A program made the position numbers and the translations under genes. Source: Glaucostegus cemiculus (Eukaryota). From it: DNA of 64,000 nucleotides. Shown here in pieces: positions 35,995 through 48,770 of the stretch; position 1 is the first letter of the stretch; each line of letters opens with the position of its first letter. The stretch is taken from NCBI GenBank assembly GCA_976551045.1, contig CDPCPM010000151.1, forward strand, positions 9,610,001 through 9,674,000, read 5' to 3'. Under the pieces are notes generated by a model. It was given only the letters and a program-made list of their open reading frames with translations. It did not search any database and was not told the origin of the DNA.

Positions 35995-38900
35995 GAGAAT
36001 AGAACAACACAGCACAATACAGGCCCTTTGGCCCACCATGTTGTGCTGACCTTTAAACCACACCTAAGCCTATCTAACCCCTTCCTCCCACATATACCCC
36101 TATTTTAAATTCCTCCATATGCTTATCTAACAATCCCTTGAACTTGACCAATGTACCTGCCTCCACCACTATCCCAGGCAGCATATTCCATGCACCTACC
36201 ACTCTCTGGGTAAAAACCTCCCTCTGATATCTCCCTTGAACTTCCCACCCATTACTTTAAAGCCATGCCCTCTTGTATTGAGCATTGGTGCCCTGGGAAA
36301 GACACATTAGCTGTCTACTCTATCTAGTCCTCCTAATATCTTATATACCTCTATCATATCTCCCCTCATCCTCCTTCTCTCCAAAGAGTAAAGCCCGAGC
36401 TCCCTTGGTCTCTCCTCATAATCCATACACTCCAAACCACGCAGCATCCTGGTAAATCTCCTCTGCACCCTTTCCAACACTTCCACATCCTTCCTAGAAT
36501 GAGGCGACCAGAACTGGACACAGTACTCCAAGTGTGGACTAACTAGAGTTTTGTAGAGCTGCATCATTACCTCGTGGCTCTTAAACTCAATCCCACGATT
36601 TATGAAAGCTAACATCCCATAAGCTTTCTTAACTACCCTATCCACCTGTGAAGCAACTCTTAGTGATCTGTGGATATGAACCCCCAGATCCCTCTGCTCC
36701 TCTACACTGCCCAGAATCCTACCATTAACCTTGTACTCCACCTTGGAGTTTGTCCTTCCAAAGTGTATCACCTCACACTTCTCCGGATTGAACTCCATCT
36801 GCCACTTGTCTGCCCAGCTCTGCATCCTATCAATATCCCTCTGCAACCTTTGACAGTCCTCCACACTATCCACACCACCACCAACCTTTGTGTCATCTGC
36901 AAACTTGTCAACCCACCCTTCTACCCCCTCATCCAAGTCATTAATAGATATCACGAAAAGCAGAGGTCTCAAAACTGATCCTTGTGGGACACCACTAGTC
37001 ACAGCCCTCCAATCCAAATGCACTCCCTCCACCACAACCCTCTGCTTTCTACAGGCATGCCAATTCTGAATCCACATGGCCAAGCCTCCCTGGATCCCAT
37101 GCCCTCTGACCTTCTGAAGAAGCCTACCATGTGGAACCTTGTCAAATGCCTTACTAAAATCCACGTAGACCACATCTACTGCACTACCCTCGTCAATCTG
37201 CCTGGTCACTGCCTCAGAGAGTCCTATCAGGCTTGTGAGACATGATCTTCCCTTCACAAAGCCATGCTGGCTGTTGCTAATCAGTACATGATTCTCTAAA
37301 TGCTCATAGATTCTATCTCTAAGAATCATTTCTAACAGTTTGCCCACCACAGACGTAAGGATCACTGGTCTGTAATTCCCTGGACTATCCCTACTACCTT
37401 TTTTAAATAAGGGGACAACATTTGCCACCCTCCAATCCTCTGGCATCATTCCTGTGGACAATGAGGACTCAAAGATCCTAGCCAATGGTTCAGCAATCTC
37501 CTCCCTCACCTGGCAGAGCAGCCTGGGGAATATTCCGTCAGGCCCCAGGGAATTAACTGTCCTAATATTTTCTAACAGCTCCAATATATCCTCTGTCTTG
37601 ATATCTACATGCTCCAGAACATTAACCTTATCAACACTGTCCTCAGCATCATCCAGGCACCTCACCTTGATGAATACTGAAGAGAAATATTCATTGAGAA
37701 CCTCACCACTTCCACAGCTTCCATGCACATCTTCCCACCTTTGTCTCTAACTGGTCCTACCCTTACTCTCGTCATCCTTCTGCTCTTCACATAAGTGAAA
37801 AAAGCTTTGGGATTTTCCTTAACCCTACTCGCCAAGGCCTTTTCATGTCCCCTTCTTTTTCTCCTCAGCCCCTTCTTAAGTTCCTTCCTTGCCACCCTAT
37901 ATTCCTCATGAGCCCTATCTGATCCTTGCTGCCTACACCCTATGTGTGTTGCCTTCTTCCTCCTAACTTGTTGTTCCACCTCTCTTGTTACCCATGGTTC
38001 CTTCACCCTGCCATTCTTTCTCTGCCTCACCAGGACAAATTCATCCCTAACATCCTGCAAGAGATTCTTGAACAATGACCACATCCCCATAGTACATTTC
38101 CCTTCAAAAACATCCCAATTTACTCTTGCAAGTTCTAGCCTTATAGCTTCATAATTTGCCCTTCCCCAATTAAACATCTTCCTGTCCTCTCTGCTCCTAT
38201 TCTTTTCCATGACAATGCTAAAGATTAGGGAGCGGTGGTCACTGTCCCCCAAATGCTCACCCCCCGAGAGATCTGTCACCTGACCCGGTTCATTACCTAA
38301 TACTAGATCTAATATGGCATTCGCTCTAGTTGGCCTGTCAACATACTGTAACAGGAATCCATCCTAGACACACTTAACAAGCTGTGCCCTGTCTAAATCT
38401 TTGGCATTAAGCAGGTGCCAATCAATTTTTGGGAAGTTGAAGTCTCCCATGATACAACACTGTTATTCTTGCACCTTTCCAAAATCTGCCTCCCAATCTG
38501 CTCCTCAGTATCTCTGCTGCTACCTGGAGGCCTATAGAATACTCCTAGTAGAGTAACTGCTCCTTTCTTGTTCCTAACTTTCACCCATATTGACTCTAGA
38601 GAGGATCCTTCTATATTATCCACCCTTTCTGCAGCTGTAATAGTATCCCTGACCAGTAACACCACCCATCCCCCTCTCCCCCAATCATCCCTTTTAAAAC
38701 ACTGAAATCCAGGAATATTCACTGTCCATTCCTGCCCTAGTGACAGCCAAGTCTTTGCAAGAGCCACAATATCATAGTCCCATATACTTATCTCAGCTCT
38801 CAGCTCATCAGCCTTATTCCTGATACTTCTTGCATTTAAGTAAATACACTTTAGCCTATCCCCCCTTTCTACTTTTATACCCTATCCTCTGCTTCTCTTT

Positions 38901-39415
38901 CCTCAAAGCCTCTCTACATGTTAGATCTGACTTGTCCCCATCCACTTCTTCCTCGAACCTACCCCTCTGGTTCCCATCCCCCCTCACAAACTAGTTTAAA
39001 CCCTAGCAAACCTGCCTGCAAGGATATTGGCCCCCCTCAGGTTCGGGTGTAACCTGTCCTCTCTGTACAGGTCCCACCTTCCCCAGGAGAGATCCTAATG
39101 ATCCAAAAATTTAAAACCTTCCCTCCAGCACCAACTCCTCAGCTACACATTCATCTGCCATCTCCTCCTATTCTTATCTTCACTATCACGTGGCACTGGC
39201 AACAATCCTGACATTTCTATCCTTGAGGTCCTGTTCTTTAGCCTTCTGCCTAGCTCCCTAAACTCACTTTTCAGAACCTCACCCCTCTTCCTACCTATGT
39301 CGTTGGTACCAATATGTACCATGACTTCTGGCTGTTCTCCCTCCCGCTCAAGAATGCTGTGGACCCAATCAGAGACATCCCGGACCCTGGCACCTGGGAG
39401 GCAACATACCATCTG
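35995..39415 (-). mobile_element. Long 5'-truncated CR1 LINE (ORF1 esterase part, APE endonuclease, RT, 3' tail)
   Basis: ORF 39143-39412 (CLPGARVRDV...VHIGTND, SGNH esterase of CR1 ORF1), 38393-38767 (GVFYRPP), 37662-38279 (SDH), 36307-37728 (RT, KFADD); frameshifted. Confidence 0.96.
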
Positions 39416-39573
39416 GGATTCATGTATTGGATTTAGTCTGATACATATGATGGACAGTTCAACTGCCCACAGATAAGAACACGTGACTGGTATTTGATTA
39501 CTTTCACTTTTGAGTGTACAGGTTAAGTAAGCTGGATGATAACTACAATGAAGTGTCTCTTGTTGTCCTAAAG

Positions 39574-39718
39574 CAGAAGCAGAAACTGAAGCCGGGAAAG
39601 TCCTTCAGTGGCGTTCGACAGGAGAGCTACGATAAAAAAGGAGGAAACTTGGAAAATAAGATGTGGAGAAGTACAAGCAAACTAAGCCGCAGAAAAGAGA
39701 AAGGAGACTCCTTGGGAG
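39574..39718 (+). CDS. RGS14: RGS14 linker exon (QKQKLKPGKSFSGVRQ...KEKGDSLG)
   Basis: KLKPGKS matches RGS14; donor G|gtgagg, phase 0-1. The exact acceptor is ambiguous among tandem in-frame NAGs (39574/39577/39580/39583). Confidence 0.88.
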
Positions 39719-41171
39719 GTGAGGCACATGCTGGAAATGGACAAACCAGTGAAAATTTGAATAAGTGCATAGTATTAAACACTAGATTGTAATAGAGTCA
39801 ACATAATGGTTCACATTGTAAGTTAATAGAATGCAGCATGTTTTAATTGTATGCTATAAAATTTAAGAGGATGTTGTAGGTATGTTTGGATCTTCCCATT
39901 ATTTAACAGATATTGGTATCCTAAGAGTAAAAATAAACAGGGGAAATGCATCCATGATTGACAGCACTAAACATGCAATGGAGCAACTGCTACACATTGC
40001 ATCCTTCTTCCAAGAATTTGTTTCATTGAAGTCATATGTTCCTATCTTGTGAGTTTATCCAGTGATTTTACACTGCTGCAGGTTGAGACAATATTTAATT
40101 CTAACTTTTGAGTGTGTGTCTTTTGGAAAATTTTTGCCTTCCTCATCATTTCCTGAAAATTATAGCTCGAAATTGGATTATAGTTTAACAAATGCCTGCT
40201 GCCATGAGTTCCCATCCTAAAATGCCTGACAGTGAACAGTGCGCGCTGAAGAATTGCATGAAGCTGCTCATATTCTGACACTGAATCTGAACTTGATTCC
40301 TCCCAGTCATAATAAGTGTTGGGTAGTGTTGTTGCTTTGGAAAGGGCTTCTACCCACTTCAAACGTGGTCAGTCTTTCAACCATATGAGCATTGTCACTG
40401 AGGTCTATTTGGCAGCACTTTCCAAACCACAATATTCACCATGTATAACTACAAGGGTAGCAGTGAAGTCTTTCAAGCTTGGAAGTATATCATAGTTCCC
40501 GAGTTATTACCGGAGTAGAATCCTAAAACTTCCTCCCAAAAAACATTGCGGATTACCCTCGCCACACAGACTGCAACATGGCTGTCACCCCATCAAGCCT
40601 GTGCCATTATCTATACTTACTTTTCTGCTCTTCCAAAATCGTTATGGTTTTGTTCACTTCAAGTATTTTTCAAAATTCTATTTCATGATTATTATTAAAT
40701 CTGCCTCCATCACTATTCCAAGCAGATGGTAACAATTTGTTGCATCCAGCTTTTCCTTAAGCCACCAAAAACCTTAAATTCATGTTTGCTGCTCATCAAC
40801 ATTTCTGCCACTGGAAGCAATTTTTTGACATTTGATCAATCAATCCTGGCTCACTGGAACGGTGAGGCAACATATCTACTAGCTGTACCAATATGTCACC
40901 CACACCTAACTGTGGACAGAAGCATATCCAAGCCTAATCTTCTCTCCCAGCCCAACCACACACAGACTGATTTGGTAGTCTCCCCATCACCTAATCTGGA
41001 TAAGATTACTTAGTTTGATGAAAGATTGATTCTATGACATGTCCTTGTGGTCTTAGGATCTGGATCGTTTGTGTATCCATTGATCCCCATCAAGAAACAA
41101 ACTCAGACACTTTACTACTCAGATGCATTTTACAATATGACTAACAATTCTCTCTACCTCTCTTTTTTCAG

Positions 41172-41287
41172 TGGATTTTCCAGAGAGTAATGGTCTCTCC
41201 CTGTCTCGCCGTGAATCTCAGGGATCTGTGTATTCCACAGCCAGCATGGAATTAGGCTATCTCAGCTTGACTAATTCCAAAAATGAG
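41172..41287 (+). CDS. RGS14: RGS14 linker exon ((V)DFPESNGLSLSRRESQGSVYSTASMELGYLSLTNSKNE)
   Basis: ttttttcag| ... GAG|gtatga, phase 1-0; RRESQGS motif conserved in RGS12/RGS14. Confidence 0.95.
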
Positions 41288-41413
41288 GTATGACACAGGA
41301 AAATGTTGCCTTAGTGAATGAGATTGTCTGCATAGTCTTGACAGTCTGCACAGATTTACAACTGATGAGACTAATTATTGAGTAGCATTTCTGCCTTGGT
41401 TCCAATCAACAAT

Positions 41414-41472
41414 CAATAGAACAATAGAACAATAGAACAATACAGCACAGAACAGGCCCTTCGGCCCATCAA
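41414..41472 (-). repeat. Extremely truncated CR1 tail with (AATAGAAC)n
   Basis: caatagaacaatagaacaatagaacaatacagcacagaacaggcccttcggccc. Confidence 0.75.
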
Positions 41473-42118
41473 GGTACAACAGTTTTTCAAATTGATTGCC
41501 TGGTTAAGATTTCTATTCTAACTAATTCATATAACCTTATCAATCAGACTGTGTAACAGAACAAAATGTGTTCATTTCCTTCAGTGCATTATAAAATACT
41601 CTTTGATACCTTTAAGAATGGTAGGTTGGTGCTATAATATGATGCAGTTAAAAATGAGAAAGATAGATTTTCTATCAGTTTGTAGTCCACGCCTTAGGAA
41701 TAAACTCATTCTAAATAACTGAAAATGACTTTGAGAAATTTATCGACTACAATTCCACAGTACACATTTTTCATGTCAAGGCTTTTGAAAACCTATGCTT
41801 CACTAAAAAAGATTAATTTTAAACAGCCTCCTTGACAGCTCAAAAACCATTAGTGCCAAATCACCATCTTGATTAATTCCCTTGTTGATGGTTTCCAACA
41901 CAATGTTTCCTTCACAAATGAAAAATATGAAAATATATCCTTCTCATTTTTAACTGTGTAATAATATTTGCAACTGCTTACACTCCCTTCAAGGCATCAA
42001 GAAATATCCTTTAATACATAGAAGAAAAGGATTTTTTTTTTCCGCTGTGTTAATGTATTATGTACATTGCATTATGTAAACTGAGCTAGAATGGAACTCT
42101 GAGTTAGAATGACAGTCT

Positions 42119-45100
42119 AACTAGAGGAGACAGGCCAACTAGAGGAGAGGCCAACTAGAGGAGAGGCCATACTGGACCTTGTACTAGGTAATGAAACCTA
42201 TCAGGTTTCAGATCTCTTGGTGGGAGAGCATTTTAGAGATAGTGACCATAACTCCTTGACCCTTACCATTGCATTGGAGAGGGATAGGAGCAGACGATAT
42301 GGGAAAGTATTTAATTGGGGAGGGGGAATTATGATGCTATTAGACAGGAACTTGGGAGTATAAATTGGGAACAGGTGTTCTGGGGAAGTGCACAGCAGAA
42401 ATGGGGAGGTTATTTAGGGAGTACTTGTGCAGGCTTCTGGATAGGTTTGTCCCATTAAGGCAAGGTAAGGATGGTAGACTGAAGGAACCCATGGTTGACA
42501 AGAAATGCAGAATATCTTGTCAAGAGGAAGAAAGAAGCTTGCCTAAGATTTAGAAAGCATGGTTCAGACAGAGCTCTGGAGAGTTACAAGGTAGCCAGGA
42601 AGGAGCTTAAGAATGGTCTTAGGAGAGCTAGAAGGGGGCATGAAAAGGCCTTGGTGAGTAGGATCAAGGAAAACTCCAAGGCGTTCTACACATACGTGAA
42701 GAATAGGAGGATGACTAGAGTGAGGGTAGGACTGATCAGGGATAAAAGAGGAATCATGTGCCTGGAGTTGGAAGAGGTAGGGGAGGTCCTTAATGAATAC
42801 TTTGCTTCAGTATTCACCAGTGAGAGAGACTTTGACATTTGTGAAGATGGCGTACCACATGCTGATATGCTAGGGCATGTCAACATGAGGAAAGAGGATG
42901 TGCTGGAACTTCTGAAAAACATTAGGATAGATAAATCACTGGGGCCTGATGGGATATATCGGAAGCAAGGGAAGAAATTGCTGCACTTTTAGTGATGATC
43001 TTTGCATCCTCGCTGGTGACAGGAGTAGTGCCAGATGATTGGAGGCTGGCAAATTTTGTTCCTTTGTTTAAGGAAGAAAGTAGGGATAACCCTAGGATTT
43101 ACAGGCCAGTGAGTCTTACTTGAATGGTGGGTAAGTTACCGGAGAAGATTCTTATAGACAGGATTTATGGTCATCTGGAGAAGCATAGGCTGGTTAGGGA
43201 CAGTCAGCATAGCTTTGTGAGAGGCAGGTCGTGCCTCACGAGCCTAACTGAATTCTTTGAGGATGTGACAAAGCACATTGATAAAGGTAGAGCAGTAGAT
43301 GTGGTGTACATGGATTTTAGTAAGGCATTTGATATGGTTCTCCATTCAGAAAGTCAGGAGGCATGGGATACAGGGAAACTTGGCTGTGTGGATTCAGAAT
43401 TGGCTCATCCATAGAAAACAGAGGGTGGTGATAGATGGAACACATTCTGCCTGGAGGTCGGTGACCAGCTGTGTTCCACAGGGATCTGTTCTGGGACCCC
43501 TTCTCTTTGTGATTTTTATAAATGACTTTGTAAAAGCAAAGGAGGAGGCATACAAGGAAGCAAAAAATTAGTGGGAAGATAGAGGATTGGGAAGCTTTTA
43601 AAAACTTACAAAAGGCAACTAAGAAGGTCATTAGGAAGGAAAAGATGAACTATGAAAGGAAGCAAGTAAGTAATATCAAAGAGGATACTAAAAGCTTTTT
43701 CAAGTATATAAAGAGTGAAAGACAGGCAAGAGTAGATATAGGACCGATAGAAAATGATGCTGGAGAAATTGTAATGGGAGACAAGGAGATGTTAGAGGAA
43801 CTGAATGAATATTTTACATCAGTCTTCACTGAGGAAGACATCAGCAGTATACCGGACACTCGAGGTTGTCAGGGAAGAGAAGTGTGTGCAGTCACAGTTA
43901 CAACAGAGAAGGTACTCAGGAAGCTGAATGGTCTAAGGGTAGATAAATCTCCTGGACCAGATGGAATGCCCCTCGTGTTCTGAAGGAAGTAGCTGTAGCG
44001 ATTGCAGAGGCTTCAGTAATGATCTTTCAAGAATCAATAAATGCTGGCATGGTTCCAGAGGACTGGAAAATTGCAAATGCCACTCCACTATTTAAGAAGA
44101 GTGCAAGGCAGCAAAAAGGAAATTATAGAGCTGTTAGCCTGACATCTGTGGGTGGGAAGTTGTTGGAGTCGATTCTCAAGGATGAGGTTACGGAGTACCT
44201 GGAAGCACATGACAAGACAAGCCAAACTCAGCATGGTTTCCTTAAAGGAAGATCCTGCCTGACAAACCTATTGTAATTTTTTGAGGAAATTACAAGCAGG
44301 CAAGACAAAGGAGATGCAGTGTATATTGTGTATTTGGATTTTCAGAAGGCCTTTGACAAGGTGCCGCACATGAGGTTGCTAAACAAGATAAGAGCCCATG
44401 AAATTACAGGAAAGTTATGAACATGGAAAGAGCATTGGCTGATTGGCAGGAAACAGAGAGTGGGAATAAAGGGATCCCATTCTGGTTGGTTGCCAGTTAC
44501 CAGAGGTGTTCCGCAGGGGTCCATGTTGTGGCCGCTTCTTTTTATGTTGCATAACAATGATTTGGATAATGGAATAAGTGGCTTTGTGGCTAAGTTTGCT
44601 GATGATACAAAGATAGATGGAGGGGCAGGTAGAGTTGAGGATACAGAGAGTCTGCAGGGAGACTTGGAAAGACTAGGAGAATAGGCAAAGAAGTGGCAAA
44701 TGAAATAAAGTGTTGGAAAGTGTATGTTCATGCACTTTGGTAGAAGAAATAAATGAGCAGACTCTTATTTGAATGGGGAGAAACTTCAAAATTCAGGGAT
44801 GCAAAGGGACTTGGGCGTCCTTGTGCAGGACACCCTAAAAGTTAACCTCCAGGCTGAGTTGGTGGTGAAGGAGGCAAATGCAATGTTGGCATTAATTTCT
44901 AGAGGAATAGTATATGAGTGCAGGGATGTACTGTTGAGGCTCTATAACGCATTGGTAAGATCTCGCTTGGAGTACTGTGTGCAGTTTTGGGCTCCTTATT
45001 TAAGAAAGGACATGCTGATGTTGGAGAGGGTTCAGAGAAGATTCACTAGAATGATTCCAGGAATGAGAGGGTTAACACATGAGGAACATTTGATGGCTCT

Positions 45101-46845
45101 TGAGCTGTACTCCTTGGAGTTCAGAAGATTGAGGGGGGAACTCATAGAAACATGTTAAAAGGCCTGGACAGAGTAGATGTGGCAAAGTTGTTTCCCATGG
45201 TAGAGGAGTCTAGTACAAGAGGGCACAACTTCAGGATTGAAGGGCGCCCATTCAGAACAGAGATATGGAAAAATTTCTTTAGCCAGAGAATGGTGAATCT
45301 ATGGAATTTGTTGCCACGGGTGACTGTGGAGGCAAAGTCATTGGGTGTATTTAAGGCAGAGATTGATAGGTATCTCAGTAGCCAGGGCATCAAAGGTTAC
45401 GGTGAAAAGGTGGGGGAGTGGAGTAAATGGGAGAATGGATCAGCTCATGATAGAATGGTGGAACAGACTCAATGGGCTGAATGGCCGACTTCTGCTCCTT
45501 TGCCTTATGGATGAGGATGTGCAAGGGTGGGTTAGTAAGTTTGCTGATGACACGAAGGTTGGTGGTGTTGTGGATAGTGTAGCAGTTTGCTGTGGGTTAC
45601 AATGGGACATTGATAGGATGCAGAGCTGGGCTGAGAAGTGGCAGATGGAGTTCAACCTGGAAAAGTATGAAGTGATTAATTTTGGAAGATCGAATTTGAA
45701 GGCAGAATACAAGGTTAATGGCAGGACTCTTAGCAGTGTGGAGGACAGAGGGATCATGCGATCCACATCCCTAGATCCCTCTGTCGTGGTTCTGAGTGCT
45801 GGCCCTTGATTCTGTCCCATTGATGGTGCCTTGTTGTGCAGCACATGGATTCCATGCGCTACTAATTGCATAATGACACACACCTGAGCCCCATCAGGAG
45901 ACTAGCATAAGAACCTTGGTTTCACTAGCACTAGTCACCAGAGTATTGGTCAACCTTTGGGTATATGTTGTCTTCTGGCTGCTTAAAGCTGTCACCTATA
46001 GAGCAGTCCTGGTTTCACTGTTCCTCTTAGGATATCCAGTTTCTGTGTTGGGGGACTCTACCTCGGAGCCCCGAGGCAAGATTCCTTCTGGTTGCTGCCT
46101 GTGTTTGCTTCTGAGGCAGTATCCTGACTCCAGCCTTGTACCAGTTCACTGCATTTGGGTTCTCTGTGAGCTTGCTCTTTGCTTGACATTGTGACACCCT
46201 CAAGGTTGCCATGCAGGTTATTAAGAAGGTGTGTGGTGTCTTGGCCTTCATTAGTCAGGGTAGTGGGTTCAAAAGCCATGATGCAATGTTGCAGCTCTCT
46301 ACAACTCTGGTTAGACCACATTTGGAGTATTGTGTTCAGTTCTGGTCTCCTGATTATAGGAAGGATGTGGAAGCTTTAGAGATGGTACAGAGAAGATTTA
46401 CCAGGATGCTGCCTGGATTGGAGAGCACATTCTATGAGGATAGGTTGAGTGAGCTAGGGTGCTTCTCCTCTTCAAAGGAGGATGAAAGGTGACTTGATAG
46501 AGATGTACAAGATGATAAAAGGCATAGACTGAGTGACCAGTCAGAGAATTTTTCCCAGGGTGAAAATGGCTAATGTGAAGGGGCATAATTTTCAGGTGAT
46601 TAGAGGAAGTTATAGGGGTAATGTCAGAGGTAAATTGTTTTTTTTTTCCAGAGTGGTGGGTGCATGGACTGCACTGCCAGCAGAAGTTGGAGGCAGATAC
46701 ATTAAGGGCATTTAAGAGGCTCTTAGATTTTTTAAAAAAACAGATGGCTATGTGGGAGGGAAGGGTTAGATATATCTTGGAGAAGGCTAAGATGTTGGTA
46801 CAACGTGGGCTGAAGGGCTTGTACTGTGCTCCAATGTTCTATAAT
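42119..46845 (+). mobile_element. Nested CR1 complex: outer CR1 (about 42150-43530 and 45508-46845) containing a second CR1 (about 43531-45507) and a solo LTR
   Basis: Outer RT is split at ...PLLFVIFIND / DEDVQGWVSKFADD; the inner copy has its own RT remnants and 3' tail ending ctgctcctttgccttatg. Confidence 0.92.
45782..46196 (+). mobile_element. Solo LTR (Gypsy-like), 415 bp, 5-bp TSD
   Basis: TGTC...GACA termini; TSD CCCTC at 45777-45781 and 46197-46201; splits the CR1 coding sequence HIPRSL/KVAMQV. Confidence 0.9.
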
Positions 46846-48199
46846 TTATGCTTGAAATTCATTTTCTCTGGTTTGGCTGATTGATGTGTGACATAAGAAA
46901 TTCACCAACAGTCACCTGCTTCTCTGCTTACTTGCTCTTTTAAAATCAAGATGTACTGCACCAGTGGTATCTGTGATTTTTAAAATAGGGGAATCTGGGA
47001 TTGGTTCCAAATTTCACCCAGAATGTGAGATGGCATTTTCCCATAGTTGTTGATATTCAGTAGGACTGACTTTATTGATCTCAATTCCATTTCTAGTAGA
47101 TGTGGGCCTATTTTAATTTAATTTGGCAATCTTACTCAGCCTCGGCAGTTATGATCAATGACAGTCCAAAACATAGGCAAGTCAAGAAGGGTTAACATGG
47201 TCAATTGCATGATGTTCTATTGTTGCTGATTATGCAGAACTGAAATATTCTGACCCATCCTCTCAGCATTTCCATCAAAGCTCATAGCAGTCACCACTGG
47301 TATAAAGGCAGTTAAGAAAGTAAGTTGTGAAGTGGGCATAAAAAGCCTAAAAGGGATTAAAAATAGGGTGATCTGCCAAATGGGAGTAGAAAGTGGGAAA
47401 ATGCATTATCCTTTTGGCAGGAAAATTGAGGAAGCAGCATATTATCTAAATAGTGAGAGACTGCAGGACTGTCAGCTGGAAACAGAAAAATAGGAACAGG
47501 AGTCACTCATCCAGTCTCTTGAGTCTGCATTCCCAATCAACATTTTCATGGCTGACCCTCAATCTCAATACCATATTTCCACTCTTCCCCCAATACTCGA
47601 TGCATTTTGTGGCTATAAAACTATCTATCTCCTTCTTAGCTATCTTCAGCAACTCTCCCTCTACTGCCTTGTATGCTAGAGATATCCATTTCTTCACCAG
47701 CCTCAGTGAAGAAATGTTCCCTCAGTATCTTCCCATGAGAGGTTTGACTCACTGAGGTGAGAAGATCTTGAAGCAAAAGGAGGGAGGTTATGCATATATT
47801 GGGCATTGCTGTGCCCATATCTGGAGGACTGTGTATAGAATTGTTCTTAAGGAAGCATATTAATGCTTTGGAAGCCGTTCAGAGGACTTACTAGATTGAT
47901 AGGTGGGATTGCTGGGATGTCCTCTGAGGAAAGATTAGACAAGCCAGAGCTTATTGTAGTTTAAGAGTGAGCGGAAACTTGATTGTAGCATATAAAATCT
48001 TGAAGTTGTGTACATACACAGACAATGGTTCATCTTGTGGGAGAATCTGGAATAAATTGTTGAAAATAAGGAATTGCCTATTTATGAAAAAGATAGTGTG
48101 CCTTTTATTCCCTTGATCATGAGTCTTTGAGGAACTTTCTTCCTCAAAACAGCTGAAACAGGGCCCTTGATTTTGAAGGCAGAGGTGGATAGATAGAGC

Positions 48200-48770
48200 C
48201 ATAGAATCAGAGGGATGCAGTACAGAAACAAGCCCTTCAGCTCACTGAATCTGCACTGACCATCACTGTCCACTGGTGCCAATTCTACATTAATCCCAAG
48301 CAACACACACAAAATGCTGGAGGAACTCAATGGGTCAGACAGCATCTATGGAGGGAAATGAGCAGCTGATGTTTCAGGCCAAGACTCTTCCCAAAATGTT
48401 GACTGTTCATTTCCTTCCATAGTTGTTGCCTGAACTGTTGAATTCCTCCAGCATTGTGCATGTGTTGCTCCAGATTTCCAGCATCTGCAGTCTGTGTCTA
48501 CATTAATCCCATTTTGTTATTCTTCCCACATCATCAGTTCCTCCCAAGGTTCAACCACTCACCTACACACTAGGGGCAATTCACAGTGGCCAATTCGCCT
48601 ACCAACCCACATATCTTTGGAACATGAGAGGAACCTGGAGCATCCTGGAGAAACTCCTGTGATCACAGGGATAATGTACCAAGTCCACACAGACGGCACC
48701 TGAGGTCAGGACTGAACCTGGGTCTCTGGTGTTGTAAGGCAACAGTGGCAGCAGCACTGTGCTGCCTTGT
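48200..48770 (-). mobile_element. V-domain SINE interrupted by an inverted Penelope-tail unit
   Basis: SINE halves 48200-48298 and 48497-48770, itself within an older CR1 (about 47330-48200, 48770-48910). Confidence 0.8.
48299..48496. mobile_element. Inverted Penelope-tail unit with perfect 15-bp TSD
   Basis: TCTACATTAATCCCA at 48284-48298 and 48497-48511; the arms agcaacacacacaaaatgctggagg... and ...cctccagcattgtgcatgtgttgct are reverse complements. Confidence 0.9.

Noticed and set aside
36307-37728. 473-aa reverse transcriptase ORF as a host gene or active element
   Set aside because: It is part of a frameshifted, 5'-truncated CR1 copy; ORF2 is broken into several frames.
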